DNA of 50,423 nt from a virus (Duplodnaviria > Caudoviricetes), in IMG/VR virus record IMGVR_UViG_3300025030_000147, positions 1 through 50,423 of that record; one strand, 5' to 3'. Both the position numbers and the translations under genes were made by a program. The notes beneath the pieces are model-generated. The model saw only the letters and a list, made by a program, of their open reading frames with translations. It did no database searches and was not told where the DNA came from. Every line of letters begins with the position of its first letter. The stretch's first letter is position 1. This document shows positions 44,422 through 50,423 of the stretch, in pieces.

Positions 44422-46341
44422 TCACCGAGGACCTGCACCTTGTTTCGTCATCATGTCGAGGACCATGATATGATTGATCTGCTGGATCTCGATATCCGAT
44501 GCGCCCGCCTGTTTGGCAGCCATTCGCATAGCGTTCACCTTGCTATCCAGGTACACGTCGCCAGCACATAGGGCGTACACGCGGCAGTCCAGCGCCTCAT
44601 TACGACGCCCCCCTGCGTGGAAACTCCCATCGACGCGCTTTTCCTCCGCAGCAAGCTGAACAAAGTATTTTTCTGCGCGGTCACGGGGGAAATTGCAAAA
44701 GCCAGGGCGCTGCGGCTCCACGTCCCTACGTTGGATCTGCAGGTTCGAGTAGGTCCGGCTTTTGTAGTAGTGGGTGGATATGTCGTAGAAGGTCACGTCG
44801 CCGGCGCGGTTACTGCGGACAGCACGATAGCGGATGAAGTCGTGGGGGCCGGCCTCGTCGCCAGTTTCATCACGCCGTTTCTTGAGCGCCCCCACCCCCT
44901 TGATAGGAAAGGTATTTTGCCACCGGCTTGTGAACGCATACACGATGTCCACAAGGTTGCCGTCACCGCTGTCGATAAAGATCAGACTGACCGGGCGACC
45001 CTGTAACATCAGACCACCCTTGAGCGCCCATTGATGCATGTCCTCCCAGGCGCCCTCGAACGCGCTCTTACCGGTATCCCCCTCGAACACCTTGTAGCCG
45101 AGCGACCAGGTGCGGAAACCGGCGCCGTGACCGAGTATTTCTGCCTCCAAGCGCGGTGGATTGAGCGGGTCGCCGGCAGAGCCCCGTTGCACGTCCACGC
45201 CCATTGTGATGAACAGCACGCCGTCCGGCACCTCGCCCTCACGATACTCGCCACGTAGCTCGATGATCTTCTCTACCTTGGGCCTGCTGCCGATCTCCTT
45301 GTAGGGCATACCGAGGTACAGGTTTGTGAACGACCTCATCTTAGCAGGATCGTCCTTGGCATCCAGATACTTCTGATATAGCTCATACCAGGAGAGCATA
45401 CCCGGGGCGCTGTACATCGAGCTGATCCAGTAGCTCCGGTGGTTCTTGTTGTTCGGAGTGGCGGTCGCCTCCCAATAGCCAGCGGCGAACATCTCCGCTT
45501 TTTGGTGATTATGGATCTGGCCGGCACAGTGGGGGCACTCGTACCAAACCTTGTAGAGATGGCCGCCCTTCATCTCATGCCGCAGGTTGCGGAACTCCAA
45601 GTGGTCGAACACGCCGCAGCACGGACAGGGCACCTTGAACTTGCGCCGGTCGCCCATCTCATAGCGGTCGCGGATCAAACTGGCTTCATGTGTGGTGGGT
45701 GTGGAAAACTCCATGATCTTCTTGCGTGCACCCCAGGCGGCGGTTCGACCGTGGGCGACATCCAACCAGTTACCCTCGCCGGTGGTGAGCAGAGCAGGGG
45801 CACCGTCGACCTCATCGAGTACCAGGACGCGCTTGCTGTCGGACCGCAGACTGCTCGCGCTGCGGCTGGACGCCATGTTGAGGGTACCACCAGCGTACTC
45901 CTTACTGAAAGTCTTATCCCCAGTGCGTCGGCTTTTAGAATTTTCGATCTGCGCGAAGATTTTGGGCCGCATCCCGATAGAGTCGATCAGCGGCTCCAGG
46001 CGTTTGGTAGCCCACTTCTCAAGCAGTTCCTCGTTGGCGCTCACGTACAGGATCTCAGCCGGCACGCAATCCATGAAATACGCGATAACGTTCTCCGCAC
46101 ACGCGGTCAGGCCCAACTGAACACCCTTCATCACGCTGACAATCTGAACGGGTGAGAAAGGGCTCATCGAATCCATCAGTTCCACCATATATGGGGTCTT
46201 AGCATTATCCCAAAAGCCCGGGAATGGCGTGTTGGTGGGCATAAGACGATGACCTTGTACATAGTCAGAGATTAGAGCGGGAGGAGCAGTGATAGGTTTA
46301 AGATTATTCTGTTCAAGCAGAAATTGGATGTCGGAAATCAT
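44422..46341 (-). CDS. terL: Terminase large subunit (lambda gpA family)
   Basis: TPY..E.MD, KGVQLG, LDEVD, STPT, CPCC/CPHC, GVDVQ, IDSG, RNEALDC. Confidence 0.93.
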   Translation of the reverse strand: MISDIQFLLEQNNLKPITAPPALISDYVQGHRLMPTNTPFPGFWDNAKTPYMVELMDSMSPFSPVQIVSVMKGVQLGLTACAENVIAYFMDCVPAEILYVSANEELLEKWATKRLEPLIDSIGMRPKIFAQIENSKSRRTGDKTFSKEYAGGTLNMASSRSASSLRSDSKRVLVLDEVDGAPALLTTGEGNWLDVAHGRTAAWGARKKIMEFSTPTTHEASLIRDRYEMGDRRKFKVPCPCCGVFDHLEFRNLRHEMKGGHLYKVWYECPHCAGQIHNHQKAEMFAAGYWEATATPNNKNHRSYWISSMYSAPGMLSWYELYQKYLDAKDDPAKMRSFTNLYLGMPYKEIGSRPKVEKIIELRGEYREGEVPDGVLFITMGVDVQRGSAGDPLNPPRLEAEILGHGAGFRTWSLGYKVFEGDTGKSAFEGAWEDMHQWALKGGLMLQGRPVSLIFIDSGDGNLVDIVYAFTSRWQNTFPIKGVGALKKRRDETGDEAGPHDFIRYRAVRSNRAGDVTFYDISTHYYKSRTYSNLQIQRRDVEPQRPGFCNFPRDRAEKYFVQLAAEEKRVDGSFHAGGRRNEALDCRVYALCAGDVYLDSKVNAMRMAAKQAGASDIEIQQINHIMVLDMMTKQGAGPR

Positions 46342-47078
46342 ACCGCACCCGGAGCAAAACAATTATGCTTCTTTCTGTTTTCTTCGGCGGGAATTACTTG
46401 CAGATTCCAGGGCACATGCAGTCCGCTAACCAATTTACCGCGGAGCGGTACAATGTGGTCTACATGATGTTCTATGCCTGTTTCTTTTGTCATCTGTTTG
46501 GACGAAGTATAGAATGATCGTATTTCCAAGATTTGTTCATCGGTTAGCCACGATGGGGTACGGTTAGCCTTTGCTGCCTTACGTTTTGATACATTAGAAA
46601 GTATTTTGTCCATGTTTTCTTTGGCATATCTGACAGAATATGCTGATCTTGACTCTTTACATCTGGCATGACTCTTTCTATTTTGGGCATAAACTTTATC
46701 TCTATTTCTATCTATCCAAAGTTTTCTAGCAGCTTTAACTTTATCCGCATTTGATTTTCTGTATCTCTCAGAGGACTCCTTTACCTTTTCGGGATTATTT
46801 TGCCGATATTTTTTTCCTTTTTCAGCAGCTTTTTTTGGATCGTATCGTTTTCTTGCATTTTCTCTCGAACAGATCTTACACCCTCCTGATTTATTCACGT
46901 TTTCGGGGGTTCTTTCATGCCCACGAACACAGTGAGTTTTATGTGGAGAATCCTTTTTTAGATTATTTTTGTACCACTCTGCGGAGCGTATACGGGCACA
47001 GATTCTGCAATCGCCTTTGTTTGTAGTGGTTTCTGGTGTTCTTTTATGCCCCTGTTTACAGTGAGTTGACCGCACCAT
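46338..47078 (-). CDS. HNH homing endonuclease
   Basis: Two THCxxGH..CxxC repeats plus HVDHIVPLRG..VSGLHVPWNLQ; AT-rich. Confidence 0.9.
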   Translation of the reverse strand: MVRSTHCKQGHKRTPETTTNKGDCRICARIRSAEWYKNNLKKDSPHKTHCVRGHERTPENVNKSGGCKICSRENARKRYDPKKAAEKGKKYRQNNPEKVKESSERYRKSNADKVKAARKLWIDRNRDKVYAQNRKSHARCKESRSAYSVRYAKENMDKILSNVSKRKAAKANRTPSWLTDEQILEIRSFYTSSKQMTKETGIEHHVDHIVPLRGKLVSGLHVPWNLQVIPAEENRKKHNCFAPGAV

Positions 47079-47710
47079 TACCCGATCACCTCTGTACCTT
47101 GTTTCACCAGAAAGTCGTCCATCAGGCGTTTGATGTGCGCCAGGATGCGGACCACCTCCGTGTCTATCTTCTGCTCGACCTTCAACATTAGCTCCACATC
47201 CTCGACACCGAAGATGCCGGCGATATCGGCGGACAACTTGCCACCCAGAGTACGAAGCTCGTTGGAATCAATCTGATACAGCTTCCCGAACACGGTACGG
47301 ACCAGCGTGCGGTCGATCAGCTCCCCGCGCTTCGCCTCACGCTCGACGCGGATCTTGAGCAGACCTTCCAGCTTGTGCAGTTTGTCGATGTCGGACTTGG
47401 TGAGTTTTTTGAAATCGAGGTCGGCCGCCGCGGACAGGACCGCCTCGGCGTCGAAGCCCTCTGTGTCGTCTGAGGGCGGGGGGATCTCGCCGCGCTTAAT
47501 GGCGGCGACGGTGCGGGCGTTGACCGCGCAAGGGTGAAGGGGCTGCCCTTGACGAGCAGCGATCCATTCGGCGTTCTTTGGATCTTCCGTGTCAATCTTT
47601 CCGTCTACACGGTTCAGGTAGCCGCGCTGCACCAACGACTGTATCGCCTGCCGGCTGATGGCAGGTTTGATGAAGTTGGTGGCAAATTCTTTGACGGTAA
47701 GTTTCGGCAT
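47078..47710 (-). CDS. terS: Terminase small subunit (Nu1-like)
   Basis: N-terminal wHTH (LTVKEFA...ISRQAI), coiled coil, RGELI motif; position. Confidence 0.78.
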   Translation of the reverse strand: MPKLTVKEFATNFIKPAISRQAIQSLVQRGYLNRVDGKIDTEDPKNAEWIAARQGQPLHPCAVNARTVAAIKRGEIPPPSDDTEGFDAEAVLSAAADLDFKKLTKSDIDKLHKLEGLLKIRVEREAKRGELIDRTLVRTVFGKLYQIDSNELRTLGGKLSADIAGIFGVEDVELMLKVEQKIDTEVVRILAHIKRLMDDFLVKQGTEVIG

Positions 47711-47717
47711 GGCGGCG

Positions 47718-47747
47718 ATGCTACCACCGTGCAACAGATGTTGTCAA
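47718..47747 (-). promoter_or_regulatory. Sigma70 promoter (TTGACA-18-TAGCAT, extended -10), 7 nt before terS ATG
   Basis: Perfect -35, TGn extension. Confidence 0.65.
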
Positions 47748-47755
47748 GCCTATTG

Positions 47756-48478
47756 CTACCTGCGGCCCGGTCGTCCCATCAGGGCACCCGCTGTCCTAGC
47801 CCACAGCTTATCGAGGCTAGTACGGCGGAAGTACGCCGCCCGAGCGTCCTTCATCCAGTGGTTCATGCCGGGCTGTCGGGCGCCTATGCCCTGCACCTGA
47901 ACCAGCTTGCGGTGCATCATGCCTTGGCGCCCCTGTTTCGGCCCGGCGATCTCTCCCTTGATAGCGGGCAGCTTGTAGAACTTCCCCTTGATGCGGACCA
48001 GGCGCTTTTCCTTCTTGCGGAACAGCATGGCGACGAAGTTTGCCAGCGATCCGCCGCGGGGCTTGTAGTCCTTAATCGTCACCACCTCCAGACCGGGCTT
48101 GAGGCGCACACTGGGCCTGATCTTGCCCGCCTGAGAGCCGCCACGCCCCGCCAGAGTGGCAAAACGCTTGCGGGCCTGGGGTACCCCCTTCTCTTGCTCG
48201 GTCCACCCGCTGAAACGCTCGGCGCCGACCGATCCCGCGTGGCTGACTTGCTGGTTGATGGGGGTGGTGCTGGACGCCTTCGTGTAGCGCATCCGGCTCG
48301 ATACGAACCCCGGGCTGCGGACGGTCATCGTCTTGTCGATCTGCTTGATGGACGACTCACGGGTGCCCCGGGCGTAGTGGTTGAGCATCTGGCTACACGC
48401 CACCCGCATCAGGCGGGGTTGCTTACCGTACCAGTTTCGTAGTCCGTTTACTTCGGTGAGGTCGATTTTGTAGTCCAT
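47756..48478 (-). CDS. Basic phage protein, possibly tail-completion (gpZ-like)
   Basis: Very basic; N-terminal helical pattern like minor tail Z; homology not certain. Confidence 0.5.
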   Translation of the reverse strand: MDYKIDLTEVNGLRNWYGKQPRLMRVACSQMLNHYARGTRESSIKQIDKTMTVRSPGFVSSRMRYTKASSTTPINQQVSHAGSVGAERFSGWTEQEKGVPQARKRFATLAGRGGSQAGKIRPSVRLKPGLEVVTIKDYKPRGGSLANFVAMLFRKKEKRLVRIKGKFYKLPAIKGEIAGPKQGRQGMMHRKLVQVQGIGARQPGMNHWMKDARAAYFRRTSLDKLWARTAGALMGRPGRR

Positions 48479-48484
48479 GAGTGC

Positions 48485-48514
48485 TTAATACCACAGTGGG
48501 GGCGGTGGTGTCAA
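48485..48514 (-). promoter_or_regulatory. Putative sigma70 promoter (TTGACA-18-TATTAA), 6 nt before ATG
   Basis: Perfect -35, TGn extension. Confidence 0.5.
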
Positions 48515-48526
48515 GTTTTTAGACCG

Positions 48527-48821
48527 TAACCCCGAACAAACCATTGGGGGTAAATTGGGTATTATAGTGATTTCAATCATTTGCGAGAAAACCTTGTTAT
48601 ATCACTAATCAGTTCCTTTCTCCTAAAGGAATACCGTTTTGTATTGTTGTAAGTAAGTTAGTTTTTATGTATTTATATTACTTACTATATTACCATTTAC
48701 TTTACTTTCTATTAGAGTATGACTCTTTAAGAGTATAAGAAGAATAGTAGTATAACTTATTGAATTATCAACAGAAAACTTAAATAAAATTTTTGGGTAA
48801 TTCTTGGTTAGTTCGGGGGTA
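48527..48821. other. AT-rich non-coding region bracketed by a 14-bp inverted repeat; candidate replication origin or cos/packaging site
   Basis: CCCCGAACAAACCA (48530-43) vs TGGTTAGTTCGGGG (48805-18); two inverted IHF-like sites. Confidence 0.55.
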
Positions 48822-48832
48822 TGCAAAAAGAC

Positions 48833-48861
48833 TTGACTCTACGGTTTTTAGGTTTTATAGT
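48833..48861 (+). promoter_or_regulatory. Sigma70 promoter (TTGACT-17-TATAGT)
   Basis: Near consensus, upstream of AAGGAGG RBS. Confidence 0.7.
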
Positions 48862-48885
48862 TCAACAAAAGGAGGGACCACCAGC

Positions 48886-49224
48886 ATGAAAAGGTGCAAC
48901 AACGTAACACTTGGTAAGCTGCGAAAAAAACTCAGCAAAACGGCAGCAGATGCTCGCCGCAACAACGGTATGAAAGGGGGTAGGCCGAGTCCTGGGACAA
49001 TGATAATGCATGTTGCTCCAGACTCGGTAGTAACACGGGAGGCCGCCCTTGCGATGGGGTACACCGTCTACCGTACAGGTAAGAAATGTAAGTTCGGTCA
49101 CAAGGGCTGGCGGCGCACTGCTACTACCAGGTGCATAGACTGTGAACGCATCGCCCGCATCAAGAAGGAAATCTTACACGTAGAAACTACTATCGTAGAA
49201 AATTGGAGGCTAGAAAATGCGTAG
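48886..49224 (+). CDS. Basic protein with one YxTGKxCxxGH..R..CxxC zinc module
   Basis: NGMKGGRP motif and Zn module; strong RBS. Confidence 0.7.
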   Translation: MKRCNNVTLGKLRKKLSKTAADARRNNGMKGGRPSPGTMIMHVAPDSVVTREAALAMGYTVYRTGKKCKFGHKGWRRTATTRCIDCERIARIKKEILHVETTIVENWRLENA

Positions 49225-49930
49225 GCACGGCGATTATCATGACGTATACAACCCTGTAACAGACGAATATGTTAAAACAGAATACCCCCAAACCCGTGAA
49301 CAGGCATTGCAGGAAAATATTGTTCTTTACCAACCTATCCCCACCATAGAACATTGTCCTGACCCCATGCACCGCGCCGCGTATTATGTCACCTACACAA
49401 AGACGGGCATACGGAAGTGCTGCGCTTTCCGAGAGGCGGGCATAGCATACCACAAAGCGATAGCTGCGGGGGAACCGACCAGCGCCCACGCTGCCAGAGA
49501 GAGGGGGCTGGATTATTACTGGAGGGGCACGCACGGCCCCGATTGTGGTCACGTAGGTAAGGTCACCCTGACCGGTCGATGCTACGAGTGCGCCACCACA
49601 ACCAGCCCCAGGCAAGAGGCAATCGCGCGCGGTGATAAATGGTACCTTCCGCTCGAACACGATCTGTGCCCCGAGGGTCATCACGCCCCCCGCCGGGTCG
49701 TCAACGGATCGTGCAAACAATGTGAAGAGGACAAGAAGGGTGGACCGATCACCGACCAGGCACCACCCCTGTGGAAGTCGGCGCCGGATCTGATCATCTC
49801 CAGGGAGTCGGCCCGCGAACTCGGGTTCAACGTGTTCCGCACCGGCAAGCCCTGCCGCTACGGCCACACGGGATTCCGCTACGTTTCCACCGGAGGGTGT
49901 CTGGTCTGTATGGGGAGGGAGTGCTTATGA
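49217..49930 (+). CDS. Protein of tandem C..H..CxxC zinc modules (putative DNA binding)
   Basis: Four related modules, e.g. FRTGKPCRYGHTGFRYVSTGGCLVC. Confidence 0.72.
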   Translation: MRRHGDYHDVYNPVTDEYVKTEYPQTREQALQENIVLYQPIPTIEHCPDPMHRAAYYVTYTKTGIRKCCAFREAGIAYHKAIAAGEPTSAHAARERGLDYYWRGTHGPDCGHVGKVTLTGRCYECATTTSPRQEAIARGDKWYLPLEHDLCPEGHHAPRRVVNGSCKQCEEDKKGGPITDQAPPLWKSAPDLIISRESARELGFNVFRTGKPCRYGHTGFRYVSTGGCLVCMGRECL

Positions 49931-50286
49931 AAAAGTTGGACATACGCATATCAGATCTTCGGGACATTCCGATGAAGTTGTGGGGTCGGGCCGTGGAGCA
50001 GAAGATTCGCCACGCGGGGATTGAGCTTAGCAAACCTTTTAGGAGGGAGTACGTTACTCCTTCGCTTGTGAGGTATGAACAGGAGGACTACCCCGAGTGG
50101 CGGCCTATCGAAACTGCTCCGAAAGACGGTACGGAGATCCTGTTGTGCAACTCTGAACTCAGGTTAAAAGGGGTCGGGTTTTACGGCTGTTTGCCCGAGC
50201 ATAGTACACCAGAATTTCTTCAACAAAATGGTATCAGTGTTTTCCTTAAACCGACTCACTGGTACCCGCTGCCCGGCTGGCCGTAG
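49927..50286 (+). CDS. Hypothetical protein with DUF551-like C-terminal domain
   Basis: WRPIETAPKDGTEILL...PTHWYPLP. Confidence 0.75.
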   Translation: MKKLDIRISDLRDIPMKLWGRAVEQKIRHAGIELSKPFRREYVTPSLVRYEQEDYPEWRPIETAPKDGTEILLCNSELRLKGVGFYGCLPEHSTPEFLQQNGISVFLKPTHWYPLPGWP

Positions 50287-50304
50287 CCACCCATCACCCC
50301 ACCC

Positions 50305-50341
50305 AAAAAGCCCTACCAGCCCACCCGCTGGTAGGGCTTTT
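50305..50341. terminator. Bidirectional rho-independent terminator
   Basis: AAAAAGCCCTACCAGC-loop-GCTGGTAGGGCTTTT. Confidence 0.85.
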
Positions 50342-50423
50342 CTGCGTCCTGGCTAAGTACCTGATAGGACAAGCAGTTTGAAAAATCCGGCAACACGGAA
50401 AGCCCGGGCGGCGCGACACTACC

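Larger units (their letters stand above)
1..50423. mobile_element. Near-complete or complete tailed phage genome (lambda-like head, Mu-like contractile tail, PolB/primase-helicase replication module)
   Basis: Full sets of packaging, head, tail, lysis and replication genes; no host housekeeping genes; transcription units converge at the window ends. Confidence 0.95.

Noticed and set aside
44422-46341. Inactive terminase because Walker A reads QLGLT
   Set aside because: gpA-family terminases have a deviant Walker A with the catalytic Lys at its start (KGVQLG); other motifs are intact
1-50423. Integrated prophage, lysogeny module, tRNA genes
   Set aside because: No integrase, CI/Cro pair, parAB, host flanks or tRNA cloverleaf recognised by eye; a tRNAscan/HMM run could still find something

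Overview
The window looks like an essentially complete ~50.4 kb genome of a contractile-tailed (myovirus-type) dsDNA bacteriophage, apparently opened by the assembler at a 29-bp tandem repeat. Left part (minus strand, 395-7581): radical SAM enzyme, primase-helicase, TetR-like HTH, VRR-NUC nuclease and SF2 helicase. A pair of divergent sigma70 promoters sharing a spacer motif then drives a plus-strand replication/early operon (7722-16786): heptapeptide-repeat protein, mini-NTPase, Cas4-like exonuclease, SSB, family-B DNA polymerase and small ORFs. Minus strand 16743-48478 is the morphogenesis region: lambda-like packaging and head genes (terS, gpA-type terL flanked by two AT-rich HNH genes, gpW, portal, Clp protease, decoration protein, capsid) and a Mu-like contractile tail (sheath, tube, chaperone with -1 frameshift, tape measure, gpN/P/45/46/47/48, tailspike, collar fibre). 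I found no integrase, CI/Cro pair, partition genes, tRNA or CRISPR. Most notable: (1) an oriC-like cluster of perfect DnaA boxes in the 5' leader of the head operon, plus another box beside the terminal repeat; (2) virion-type proteins with export signals (a Sec-signal tailspike and a lipoprotein) next to a membrane-anchored CxxCH heme-motif peptide; (3) a lysis cassette between portal and protease that contains an intact class-3 lipase and two tiny lipoproteins instead of classical spanins; (4) five apparently leaderless transcripts; (5) a 27-bp motif placed right after stop codons in the left arm. All functional calls come from motif recognition and synteny by eye; no database search was run.
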